Notes: generated by a model not told the origin, from the letters alone. Counted from the stretch's first letter, positions 1 to 11,862 are shown. The stretch: 64,000 nt of DNA from Minutocellus sp. GHC0000111 (GCA_977018835.1 OZ361260.1:3038001-3102000), one strand, 5' to 3'. A program made the numbers and translations.

Positions 1-947
1 CCAAGCTGGCCTTTATCCTCTACGAGCAGGAGAAGTACGGAGACGCCCTCACCCTCGTCGATGACCTGCTCGTGGAACTCAAGAAGCTCGATGACAAGCA
101 GCTCCTGGTGGAAACTCATCTGGTCGAGTCCAAAATCCACCACGGCCTCCGCGGTATGGCCAAGGCCAAGGCCGCCCTTACTGCCTCCCGGACCTGTGCG
201 AACGCCATCTACGTCGCCCCGACTCTCCAGTCTACCATCGATTCCATGTCGGGAACTCTCCACTGCGAGGAAGGCGATTACAACACCGCCCATTCCTACT
301 TTCTGGAGGCCTTTGAGCAGCTCGATCAAATGGACGACCGCGAACGGGCCATCAAGGCGCTCAAGTACATGATGCTCTGTCGGATATTGGACAGCCTCAC
401 CAAGGCCCTGAAGCTCAGCGCCGCGGGAGGCGTCGGGGCTAAGTCCGACCGGTCCGACGTCGATCTTTCAGGGATGATCTCCGGCAGACAGGGGGTCAAG
501 TACGCCGGGAGTGACATCGAGGCCATGTCGGCCATTGCGGCCGCCGCCTCCCGTCGATCCCTCAAGGAGTTCGAATCGGTCATTGAGCAGTACAGTGCCC
601 AGCTCCAGGAAGATGTCCTCATCAAGCACCATCTTGGTATTCTCAGCGAGCAGCTACTCGAATCCAACCTTATCCGCATCATCGAGCCGTACTCATGCGT
701 GGAGATTTCGCACGTTGCGGCACTCATTGAGATGCCCCAGCCCACTGTGGAGAAGAAGCTAAGCCAGATGATTTTGGACGGCAAGTTCCAGGGTATTCTC
801 GATCAGGGCAAGGGACAGCTCATCGTTTACGAGGAGGGGGAAAAGGATGCTGTGATCGAGAAGGGATTGCAGGTCATCTCCAATATGGACAACGTTGTAA
901 GTTATCTTTTCGATCGAGCTGGTGCTCTCACCGTCATGATGTCGTAG
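1..947 (+). CDS. RPN6: 26S proteasome lid subunit Rpn6/PSMD11 (5'-truncated by window)
   Basis: LKKLDDKQLLVETHLVESK, ARTCANAIY-like, SYFLEAFE, LKYMMLC and a C-terminal PCI domain (IIEPYSCVEI...VEKKLSQMILD...GILDQG); frame is open to the window start. Confidence 0.96.
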   Translation, partial: KLAFILYEQEKYGDALTLVDDLLVELKKLDDKQLLVETHLVESKIHHGLRGMAKAKAALTASRTCANAIYVAPTLQSTIDSMSGTLHCEEGDYNTAHSYFLEAFEQLDQMDDRERAIKALKYMMLCRILDSLTKALKLSAAGGVGAKSDRSDVDLSGMISGRQGVKYAGSDIEAMSAIAAAASRRSLKEFESVIEQYSAQLQEDVLIKHHLGILSEQLLESNLIRIIEPYSCVEISHVAALIEMPQPTVEKKLSQMILDGKFQGILDQGKGQLIVYEEGEKDAVIEKGLQVISNMDNVVSYLFDRAGALTVMMS

Positions 948-1476
948 GAGCTACGTAGCTAGATCACCAATACCATCTGGTTACCGGTACGACCAATCGA
1001 AACCGAATTTTCAGAGCTACATGTACTCTAGATCTAGATCTAGCTAGCCCTTTTCGAGTAAGAAAATATACTGGTAGGAATTCCTACTACGAATACTATG
1101 GAGCTAATTACGCAGTTAGTAAAGGCAACGTACAGCATGCAACAACTCTCGGGCAATTACTTTCATGGTAAAAGCAGGAAAGCAAACATCGGAAAATCAA
1201 ATCGGAATAAATCTCGAGGTCGTTGGCCTTAGTTAGTTTCCAATGGTCATCATCATGACGTTTGTGGTTTCGGAGCTGAGAGCCGCGTAGCGTATGCGCA
1301 TTTGCGATCCGGCGAGAGGCGCTTCGAGGGCCGACGTCGAGTGCTAGTGAGGAGAGGCGTGGAGTACGTGTCGTCAGTGGAGCTCCAGTTTACAGTATCG
1401 ATATCCCTCTCGCTGCTGCGTCCACTTTGCAACTTTGCAATAGGCCACGCTCGAACGCATAAACCAAAGCATCGAC

Positions 1477-3391
1477 ATGTCTGCGCCCTTTCCAGACGAC
1501 AAAAAGCCACGACGGCGACGACGGAATAGACCAGCCAACGGCGCCGCCGCCGCCACCACGACAACCCCTTCCACGTTGCCGCCACCATCGCCGGCTTCGG
1601 CCGCTGCTGCCCCGTTTTCTATGATCGTCCAGTCCATTGTAAGATATCTTGCAGTTTCGTTCATCCTGGCTCACTGCACTTTCCTTTTGGTATGGTTTGC
1701 AGCATCATCCCTATGTCACGGCGAAAATGCTCCACCACAAAGCGAAGGTAGCGCTATCTGCCCGCATACCTTTTATGCCGAAACTGGAGGCCAATGCGTC
1801 GCCCTTGTGGACGCTGCCACCGCGTCCATAGGCGGCAACTCCGCCGCTGCAAATTCGATACGAACAGACGATTACAGCAGTGGAGTTCTGTGCCACGATG
1901 CCGAGGTTTTGCTGCCCCTCGCTCAAAAGTACTCGCCGTTTTGGCCCCTGGCATTGCCAGCGCGACGTGAAGACGCCTCTTCCGCATCGTGTTGCGACTT
2001 GTTGATTGAAAACGACCGTAGATATGCAGGTGATGGAAGAGCCAAACCTCACCCGATCGAAGGTATGTTTGGGCATTATCGAAGTGAAAGAAGAAGGAGA
2101 AAAGAGACGAAAATTCCATCTGCTAGCATTGACATCGACAATGACACAATATTATTGAGACGAGTTGTTTCGAAGCATCGGGCCAACCCTTCCAATGTGG
2201 ACAAGCGACACCCATTACGACGGATGGTAGAGTCGGCGGCTGCTGTATTTGGCCGAAGAACGGCAACAGCGAGAAATGACGAGAAGCGTTCGGCTGGAGA
2301 GGTCCCAACAACTTCGTCCCCTTCCGAGGGACCAGCTTCAGAGGCAACAGCAGTGTCTACGGATTGGGCGCGAGATGCCTCATCTTCATCGGCACTTCAC
2401 CTGGACTTTGAAAAGAAGGAGCTTGTGAAGATGATTACCGACGGGGTTCGAAAAGGAATCAGCATACAAAGTAATCGCACAGATACAGCTCCGGAGGTGG
2501 AAGACTTTGATGAGCGAGTTGCAAATGTAGGTTGGGGTGGCCCGATAGCAACTGGGGGGAGGCCCTGGTGGCTCCCGGAGTCTTCCACCAAGACAGAGAT
2601 GGACGGTGAAAGACTGGCGGCGGCATATGCAAAGATTATGGGATGGCCCAGCCCTGGGGAGTATACCACGAAATTCCCTTTCAAGAAGTGCCAGGAGGGG
2701 TGCGACCCTCATTTTGCTTTTTTGCACACGCTCGAGTGGAGAGAAAAGTTCAAGCCCTGGTGCATAACGCCTTCGGCTGTGAAGGAGAATCGAGACTCCT
2801 TCTTTTATGTGCGAGGTCATTCTCCACCCAACCCAAACATCAAGGATGGAGATGCTACCATCGGTCATAGTCTTGTCTTCTATCGTCCTGGACTGCATAA
2901 ATACGAAGATACGGAATCTTATCTTCGACTCATTATGCACACATTGGATGCAGCTGTTGCGGACAGCTATTCCAGATCGAACAATCGTGTTGGAAAGTTC
3001 AACATCATCCTGGATTGCAATGGCTTCAGTTTGTCCATCCTTCCGGGCTTCTCCGAGATCAAGCGTCTGTTTACAATGATGCAAGACCACTTTCCGGATA
3101 GGCTCGGTGTGTTGATGATTGTCAATCTTAGTGGGCCGGGACAGCTCTTCCTCAAGATGATCAAGGGAATCATATCGGAGGCCGTCAAGAAGAAGATTCA
3201 CATCGTACCACCGACCGGCAAGGGAGGTATGAAAATGCTAAAGGTTCTGGTCGAAGAAGAATTCATCCCAACTTGGTTGGGTGGCACTGACGATTTGTTT
3301 TGAACCCCAAGGTTGCGTATCCCGATAATCGCATGTGCACAGAGGCCGAGGGGCGAGAGTATTATCAGACCATGCCATTTCATGCTCCATA
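1477..3391 (+). CDS. CRAL-TRIO (Sec14-like) lipid-binding protein with an N-terminal hydrophobic segment
   Basis: TLEWREKF, KFNIILDCNGF, MQDHFPDRLG, IPTWLGG motifs in ORF 1477-3303; a likely 1-nt loss in a T-run at ~3295 hides a plausible C-terminus ...YYQTMPFHAP* ending near 3391. Confidence 0.85.
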
Positions 3392-3747
3392 AACAGATGT
3401 AACCCTTGAAACTTACAATCTACACATACATTAGAACATGTACCGGTGCATGTACAAAATGGATTTACCTGGTGGTGGCTCTCAAGCTGCTGCTGCTGCT
3501 GCCTGGTGGGCCCGCGTTGGATCTCGCATCCGCCTTTCTGTTAAGCTCCCTGCATAATAACCCGGAAGATTTGCTGCAAAAGTTGCAAGCGGCATCAGCA
3601 AGCATAGGCCTAGCAGCCGAGCCAGGTTGCATGTTGCAAGTTCGCTAAAAAAAATGGTTCCCCCAGTGCTGGAGATCGGAGAGTTCGGAGCGTACTAGTT
3701 AGTAGCACGGCGTACAATAGCATAAGTACACTGGCTCTGAAAGCAAA

Positions 3748-4735
3748 ATGCCTCCAGGCTGGTTCGGCAAGAAGGCGATTGACGAGGAGGGAAGCGCGAA
3801 TCCTGGCTGGTTGAACGAAGAAGCCGATGGTGAACATGTGGCAGCAGTTGCCGGAGCCGACGCAGGAGAGAATGCGACGAGTGCCCATGACCATGACGAG
3901 ACATCCCCCCTAATCGCTGATGCAGATGATGAGGAGGATGATTATGACGATGCCATGGAGTACGGCAATTCAGGGTACGGGACGGGGTCTGCCCACCCGG
4001 ACGACGAGGAGTCCAGCACCAGTCTCACGAGCAGCAACTTGCACGAGGACGATGCCATTGCATCGCCGAGCCTGTCCAGTAGTCGGCGGTCATCGTCATC
4101 CCGTCCCAAGCTTGGCACTGGGAAGAAGAAAGTATCAACACGTACGCGTATGAACGAGTACAAGGCCAAGCTCGAGGAACGGCGGCGAAAGATGCTATCC
4201 GGCTTGCCACGGACTATTCATCATCATCAATATCATCGCGGTCGCTGCCTGCCTTCTACTGATACTGTCGCAGGTTCTCCCCATCTTCTTTGTGAAGGAA
4301 GTGCAGACGATTCTGCAGCTCACTCTCCGAGGGTATCTGACCTTTTTCTGTCTCATTTTCATATGCGCCGAGATGGAATTGCCGCTCCCCTTCGTGAGAT
4401 CGAGCCAAAGTCTTCACAATTTCATTTCCAAGGGGTTCAACTACACTTTCGTGGCCATAGTGGCCATGGAGCAGGCTCAGGCGGATCTCGTGGAAGAATC
4501 CATCAAGAAGAGGACAAACGATCCGATGGGCATGGATCTTTCGTGGTTCCACGCGCTTTTTGTTGAGATACCGGCGTGGGTTATGCTTGGAGTAGGTGCG
4601 TTGTACATGGTGATGGGCATTTTGTGCATGAGGCCCGTCCGCGATCGGTGCCGCGAGGATTATGCACGCAGGATGGAGGAATATTTTGAGACAAGAGAGG
4701 CGCTGCAGCGGTCACTCCCTCCATTTGAGGGTTAG
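3748..4735 (+). CDS. COPI-associated/TVP15-like Golgi membrane protein (frame change near 4150-4200)
   Basis: Acidic N-terminus in ORF 3748; 3-4 TM helices with LRGYLTFFCLIFICAEME...LHNFISKGFNYTFVAI in the overlapping frame ending at 4735. Confidence 0.65.
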
Positions 4736-5034
4736 ATCCTATGTAGTGAGAAAAGCCAGAAGCAGTCTCGCTAGTTGGCATCGAATGTTTCACGAAAACG
4801 CCTTTTGTGGGACTAGGAATTCCCACGACCGGGTATTCTTTCGTTCTGTTACATGTAATTCATAGAGTCAAAGTATATACAAAAATGCGCTCATTATAAT
4901 GTTTCATTAAGAATTTACCGTATGTAGATTTGCAATCACTTTCAACGGTATATTTAGACTCTATAGCTACGTAGCTAGCCCGCATGGCAGGGAATTGGGT
5001 AAGATGTTACTGGAAGGGAAGGGCCCTCCGTGTT

Positions 5035-6453
5035 TCATGATTGATCTTGCTGTTGCTGTTGCTGTTGCTGGAGTAGGGCCGGTAGAAGTTGGGCCAGGAC
5101 ATTGGCGTTGCCAATATTTGCACCTGCGTTTGTGGTACCCTGAGCTACACTTGGAGAAGATAGTGCGGCATTAGCATTGGCGGTGGCGTTATTGGTAGCA
5201 GTGGTAGCGCCGACAAGGCCGACCTCTTGAGACGTAGGCAGAGCACCGGTGCCTCCGAGAAGGCCCAGATTCTGAAGGACGGTGGTCGCAGCGACGCTGT
5301 TGGGAAGCAGTTGTTGCAGGTTGATCTGTGCCGGAGGCACCATAGGTGCCATGCCCTGTGGAGACTGCTGTTGTTGCCGGTAAGCAGACAGAGCCGAAGT
5401 GGCGAGATCGGAGGGAGACGGGGCCTGCTGGAGGCTGGGTGTCGTGGCCGCGGCGGCGGAAGCGGGGCCACCCATGGCCGAGGATGGAAGAGCAATGGAC
5501 CCAGGGACGGCAAAGTTGGTCGCGCCATTGGCCGATATGCCGGAAACTGCCGTTTGGACGGGCACCGGCGGCACCTGCAGGCCCAGGATTCGAAGAGCAT
5601 TCTGCTGACGAAGCTGATCAATCTGAGCCTGGACGGCAGCGGGAACTGAGGCAGGATTGGCAGTCGAGGACGCTTGGAATATTTGCTGAAGGCCAGGAGA
5701 AGACATCTGCTGCTGCTGCTGCTGCTGCAGCTGACGAATGAGCAAGGCGGCGGTGCTAGAGTCATTATTGTTAAGGCTGGCGACACCCGAAGCAGAAACA
5801 GGCGCAGCACTTGGGCTTGGACTTGAGGACACGGCCATGCCTCGGCTACTGATGGAGCCAGTTGCATTGACGGCGGCGTTAACGTTGGCGTTGGCAACCA
5901 TGTTACCGCTCGCTGCCTGACTGTTCTGTGCAGTCACAGCCTGCAGCTGCGCCCGGATGAGGGTGTTGTCCTGGCGGAGGGCCTCGTTGTGCCGGGTGAG
6001 CTCGTTGACCCTCTCCTGGAGCGCATCGACCAAGACCTTGGCCTTGCGCCTCCTCGCGGGCGGTCATGCGATTCATCTCGAGGCGCTCCTCGCGGCTTCG
6101 CTTGACCATCTTGCGCTTCTTGGTGCCGGACGTTGTCTCGCCCTGGTTGTCGTCGCTGGCACCTTCGTCTTGACCCTCGTTGTTTCCATAATCTGAGTGG
6201 AGGTTGTCATCGTCGCCATCGTCGTCATCGTTGGCAGAATTTGACGACGGAGCCTCGCTGGTTGCAAAGGAGGTTTCAGCCGAGACGACATGCTTTGGAC
6301 GTTCTTGCGAGGCAAACGGCCGATCGGAAGGATTTGTAGGAGGGACAGCAGAGGCTGAATCAGAAGCGGCATCGACGGTAGCAGCAGCAATTTTTGTGCC
6401 GTCACCAAACCAACACTTGCGTCGGCTGGATCGATGTTGCCGGGAGAAGCCAT
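5035..6453 (-). pseudogene. bZIP transcription factor with Q-rich tail, two frameshifts
   Basis: Basic region KRSREERLEMNRMTARE/RRK and zipper LVDALQERVNELTRHNEALRQDNTLIRAQL are split across frames; 5-bp tandem duplication at 6404-6413 and a ~2-bp loss at ~6052; ATG at 6453. Confidence 0.75.
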
Positions 6454-7061
6454 TCGTAATGCAATAACGTCGTAATGTAGACCTGCAATTTCCAATCGGA
6501 AAATGGCAATTTGATCCTTGGTTGTGTTATTGCATGCAGTGATATTATGTTAGGCCGGCGGAGAGAGTGAGTGCAGCACGTGCATGTAGTGGCAAAAGCT
6601 GCAATTTTGGGTACAGGCCAAAAACCCGTCCTCTCAATGTCACAGGCGGAGAAACTCGAAGCGGCAAAATGCAAAGACGCGACCAAAGACGCGCCCAAGA
6701 CCTCCTAAATATGGCGCATGTAATGGTAGATCAGAAAAGAACAGAAACGCGACGAAGAGAGCTTCCAAGGGCTTCCTCAAAAAATCGAAAAGTGTAGAAT
6801 TAGTGTAAAAATGGAAGTTGAACCAAGACGTCGAGTCGGCGAGGGAAACCCGAGGAACAAGCATCTGATTTTTCTTCATCCAAAATTCAGAAACCAGAAC
6901 GTGAATAGGCGACAAATGTCAGCCTTGATGACGATCATACGTCAGGCCATTCCTTGGTGACTTTCGGTGACCGAGTCCTGACTGACCAAGCCATGTTATT
7001 CCAGCAGAAGCGACGTGTCGGCAGAAATCTACTGTGCATTCATTCGTGTAAGAGGCCCTGA

Positions 7062-7091
7062 GTTAGGGTTAGGGTTAGGCCTAACCCTAAC
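7062..7091. repeat. Interstitial telomere-like (TTAGGG) inverted repeat
   Basis: gttagggttagggttagg-cctaaccctaac; 7068-7091 is a perfect 24-bp palindrome. Confidence 0.9.
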
Positions 7092-7118
7092 AGTAAAATG
7101 TAGGCCAACACGATCGTG

Positions 7119-10100
7119 CCTTTCGGTTTCAGAGGATTTGTAGAGGGTGTACCAATAACCCCTAAAAAAGGTCATTCTTGCACCCATTTCTCATTTCCCA
7201 CCAAGTGTTTTGTTAGTCGATGTTCTCTTCGGGAGGAACGCAAACACTCCTCAACTCGTGGACATCTACTGGACCTGCTCATTCAGCAGGTTGCCACCGA
7301 CCAGTAGTATCCACTGAATTCGCAGGTCCAGTAGATTCTGGCAGGAACACATGTGTATTTTTTGGTCCCCCGCACACACCCTCTCTCACCACCGCAACCC
7401 GCAAATTTTGTGACGATGACGACGACCAACCAGACCACGCCCAAAAAATACAAACGCAGCAGAACTTCGTTCTCAGGGAGCAAGAGAGGCAACACCATCA
7501 AGGCATCCAGGAAGGCGGCAAAGGCGGCAGCTGAGCCGAAAACACCATCGCCGAGCGCAAACACGTCGTCGAAGAAGCGGCCACGGTCAAATTCGCCCGC
7601 CAAACCGTCACCGTCGTCGGCGAAGAAGAGGACGGCCCCTCCTCCTATCCCCATGGCCTTTCTCCTTGCAGCAGATGTCATTCGAAGGGCTGGTAAGGAT
7701 CTGTGGTGGAGAGAGTAACCCCCGATTCCTGCGGCAAAGATGACATTTGTGTTGGTTCTTGGCAGAAATGGGAGGAAGACGTCCTCCCTGCTTTCATCGA
7801 GGCCGACTTGTTGCGTTCCAAGTCCGTCGGTGGAGGAAAGTATGAGCTACAGTACAACGAGGAAAAATGGAAGGACATGCAGCAACATCTCAAGGAGCAT
7901 TGTAGTTTGAAGTTGCACTTGTCGACACATCGGCCGAGAGGGAAGACAAGACGCAGGGCGCTTTTGTGTTTGTGCTCACAGGAGGACAACCACCCGAAAC
8001 TCTCTGGACCGGAGGGAAAGAAGGTGCACGAGAAAAGAAATCCCGATGAAGTTCTGTTCTCTGGGCGCTCGACTGTCTTAGCTACTAAGCTAGGTGAGAG
8101 GTTGTCAGCTCACAGAAAGGAGGCACAGTCAGCGCGTTGCGAAGCAAGAGCAAAATCACTAGTCGACGAGGCCAAGAAACTGGGTTGGATGCCAGCAAGT
8201 CTCCTCAGCATGCTGAAGGGAACTGGTGACACTTCCGCCACTGAAGCAGCTGCAGCCTCCCCCAATGATGAAGGTTTAGGAGGAGCCGACACTTCCGTTG
8301 TCTGTGCCACCTCCAGTGACATTGATGAACAGGTAAAGGTCGCTCTCGGCCTCGACTTTGTTGTTCGGATGGCCAACGATGACGTGCTCCGTCCTCCTCG
8401 TCCCAATGCAACCGTCACCGAACCAACACCAATCAGAAAAGAAAATCAGGCGAATGAAAGAATGCGGTTCAGCGCCGTGGCTCTCGCGGATTGGTGGGGA
8501 TGCGGCGACCCAACTCGCACGCATGAAGACCGGCAACAAATTGCAACTGCCGCGTGTCGGCAAGTTGCGTGCGATCACGGTTGTGCCAAGTCAACCGGTG
8601 GCTCTTAGCTTTACAAGTGGAGAGACCAGCTCTACAAAAGCCTTGCTGATGGCATCAGCAATCCCATCGGCAGAAAGGAGGTTCGTGGAAGGAAGGCACA
8701 CACGGACATGATCGAGGAGAAGGAGCCAGGATGTCTCCGCGAGCTGTGTCGGCATGCTGCTCGGATGAAGGGTGCGATGGCAACCTTTAAGGAGCTAGCT
8801 GACTGCATGAGCGCAAAATCAGCTACTCCAGATGAAGATAGGCTGACAATTAGTCTCCATCGTCTTCAGCTTTTTCGCTGGTGGAAAAAGCAAGGCGGTG
8901 AGGAGAAGTCGTCGATCGAGAAGCCGAGGCTCACCCCCGAATGTTGTAGGAAGCGACTTGATTGGATCGAAAAGTGGGAGGACATTACGACCGATCCCAA
9001 CATTCCTGTAGCGTGTCTTGATGAAAAGTGGTTTTACACTGCTACTCGGCGACGAAAGATCAAGATGTTGCCACTTTCTGACGAAGAACTAAGCAGTCCG
9101 AACCTCGCGTCTATCCATGCTTCCGAGGCAAGCCCGAAAATTCGATCCAGAAGACACCCTGTCAAAGTTATGTGTCTTGGAGTTGTTGGCCGACCAATGA
9201 AGGATGAAACCAAAGACGTTGATTTCAATGGGCGCATCATGATCAAGAGAGTCGCCAGGGAGCAGAAGGTGGAAAAGCTTGCGCGTAATCAGAATTTCTC
9301 TCCAGATGCTAAGGTCAACGATGCGCTAAAAAATGACAAAGATTGGCGCGACATTTACGACGAGAATGCTGACATGACCGCCGGCCATCTTTGCGACCAC
9401 ATTGCCGAAATCTACGGCCTTTCTGAGTTTGTTACAGAGCGATTGGAACTTCAATACGAGGACCACAAATCCGACGGTCAGGCAAAAAGTCGCAAGCATG
9501 CCGCTGTTGGCTACAATCAAAAGATCTCGAGTCTCAAGCGACGCACTCCTGACAGCAATGGAGAGAAGGTGAAGGTTGAGATCGACGACCTTGAGCTCGG
9601 GGTGCGGTATCAACGGGGCGATAAGGTTACCAAGGACTGTAGCTGCGACTCCAAATGGATGTTGGAGACTGTGAATGAGGTCGGGAAGGCGATTCGAGAC
9701 GCACATCATTGGGTGAAGTGGGATCCACAAAACATTCAGTCAGGAGTCTGATGTCATGCATCTTATGATGGACAATGCCGGCGGTCATGGGTCCAATGAA
9801 GCAGTTGAGAAGCACACCGAGGACCTCAAAAACAAATATAAGATTGAGATAATCCAGCAGGTTCCTCGGTCGCCCGAGACAAATGTTCTTGATCTCGGCA
9901 TCTGGATGTCTTTGCAGTCGGCCGTCGAAAAGGAGCATCGCGGTCAGAAGAATGATGCGAATGCTCTTGACAAGACTGTGATGAAAGTATGGGCCAATGT
10001 CGCATCAAAAGAGGCCTTTCTCAATGTATTTGGAAAACTTCCAGTGATATATAACAACATCAAGAGAAGTCGTGGCGGTAACAATCTTGTGGAGACCAGA

Positions 10101-10571
10101 CGGGGAAAGGCTGGTCTCGCATCAATTGCCGAGGAAGAAGCTGAAGAGGATGGTGAACCTCTCTGGCCAATTGATTTTCCCGGCGAAGATGATGACATTG
10201 AGGACGACATAGATGAAAATGATGAAGACGATGGAGTCATTGATTTGCTATAACTTATCATAGCATGTCCATTTCCATTCATTACATTTTGATTTGGTGC
10301 TTCCAAAAATGTATTTTTTCCCGGGGTGAGGAATGCAAATGTCGAAAAAAATCATCACATAATGTACATTTATTGGTTCTGGTGCACAATATCTCTCGAC
10401 TATATGTAGAAGTTGGTGACCATAACTTGGTTCTTGCCCCGACTTCCATCTTGGCCGTCATTTATTCCTCGGAGTTAGAAAAAGTGAGCTTGGATTTTTG
10501 GTCTGGTGTGGTCGTGTTTGTTTCTAATACGTCATCATCACGTCACTTTCAAATCCTCTGAACTCGAAAGG
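7119..10571 (+). mobile_element. Tc1/mariner-superfamily (DD39D-type) DNA transposon, copy A, degenerate
   Basis: 22-bp TIRs: 7119-7140 cctttcggtttcagaggatttg vs reverse complement of 10550-10571 cctttcgagttcagaggatttg (20/22); right end followed by TA; internal transposase. Confidence 0.93.
7416..10253 (+). pseudogene. DD39D transposase pseudogene (copy A)
   Basis: LDEKWF, KVMxLGVV, MDNAGGH-...-PRSPETNVLDLG with 39 residues between the 2nd and 3rd Asp; frameshifts at ~7710 and ~9745, TAG at 8606-8608. Confidence 0.9.
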
Positions 10572-10573
10572 TA

Positions 10574-11862
10574 CTCATTTCATCTCAATAGAAAGATGGT
10601 ATTTTCGAATCAGTCAGGAGATTACACAAGTAGATCATGATCTACCGATATGTTGAGCTGCGCTTCTTCTAGACTAGCTAGCCGAACTGACTGGCTGCTG
10701 CGCTGCTGCCACCGCCAAATTCCTGACTGACCTCCCCTCTCTTCAAGCAACGACATAAATAAATACCGGTAACAGCAATCTTGATGTAAATGCATGCCGG
10801 TGTTGGCATAAATTTGGTTCTGACATCAACCTTATGTTTACACTATCGACCAACTTAGGTACGGATCAGATCAAAACAAGAGATTGAATGAAAGGGGGGA
10901 TTGTGCATATTTTTCTTTTTCTTTCTCCGAGTAGCGACTTAGTTGTCACCACCGATGGCAACGAAACGCTTCTTGGCGGCCTGCTTGCGGCTGATGCGCT
11001 TTCCGGTGGCGCCCTCTCCTGCCTCGGTCTCCTCATCGGCCTTGTCAACTCCCTTCTTCTTCTCGCTGAGGATGAACTCAACGTGGGCGGGATGGCTGGC
11101 GTACTTGCCGATGCGGCCGTGGGCACGGCAGGTTCGCCTGCGGCCGGCGGGGGCCTTGTTGCACTGGGCATGGGAGACGTAGAGGGTGTCAACGTCGAGA
11201 CCCTTGGTCTCAGCGTTGGCGATGGCGTTGGTGAGCATGTCCTTGATGACGGCCGTGGCCTTGACGGGCCACCTACCCTTGGAGCCGGGGGTCTTGGACT
11301 GCTTGGCCTGGGCCTTGCGGCCGATGCCACCGGTGTGCTTGACGAAGGGGACGACGGCCTTGAAGGCGAGGACGTCCTCGAGGAACTTCATGGCCTTGTT
11401 GACAGGCATGCCGTTGATGTGGTGAGCGATCTCACGGCAGTGCTTGAAGTGCACACGGAGGTGGGATCCGCGGGTCTTGGAGTGGGCGACAGCGGCATCG
11501 GGCTCGACAGCGTAACGGGTCATGATGAAAAAGTTTTGATACAAAAATATACTAATACAGACTGTTGGGGTATTGGAAGAAAAGAATGGAAAGATGTTGG
11601 AAGTGAGAATAATGTGTTTTGGGCGGCAAATGTAGCCATTGTCGTGTATCACTGACATCTCTTTCGCAGCTCATAACCAAAGCACTGCCAGGATGAAGAT
11701 CGAGGTGTCGGTCCGATGGAAATGAAATGTGACGGATAGCCCAACCTTGAAGCCACCCAAATACACCAGTTCCTGTTGAAAATCCACCAGTATTAGCGCT
11801 GCCTGATTGCTTGACTGAGATCTGCCGCCCCACACTACGCGTTGTCTCACGGCTACACACGT
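10574..11862. repeat. Captured host segment, inverted duplicate of 45283-46571
   Basis: Near-identical reverse complement; homology stops sharply at 11862/45283 and is followed by TIR tip aactcgaaagg + TA (11863-11875). Confidence 0.93.
10939..11523 (-). CDS. RPL17: 60S ribosomal protein L17 (uL22), transposon-captured duplicate with Tyr->His and Tyr->Cys changes
   Basis: LRVHFKHCRE, GRWPVKA, RRTCRAHGRI (vs RRTYRAHGRI in the other copy); reading frame intact, intronless. Confidence 0.93.
   Translation of the reverse strand: MTRYAVEPDAAVAHSKTRGSHLRVHFKHCREIAHHINGMPVNKAMKFLEDVLAFKAVVPFVKHTGGIGRKAQAKQSKTPGSKGRWPVKATAVIKDMLTNAIANAETKGLDVDTLYVSHAQCNKAPAGRRRTCRAHGRIGKYASHPAHVEFILSEKKKGVDKADEETEAGEGATGKRISRKQAAKKRFVAIGGDN

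Noticed and set aside
10888..11655. 255-aa antisense ORFs over both RPL17 copies, and 45-aa N-terminal extensions from GTG
   Set aside because: Codon-bias shadow; the true start is the ATG of MTRYAVEP
7119..11862. Classical RIP (CpA->TpA) or pure CpG decay as the cause of A/B differences
   Set aside because: The conserved RPL17 tyrosine and the TA target sites indicate TA is ancestral; CpG decay explains only some sites
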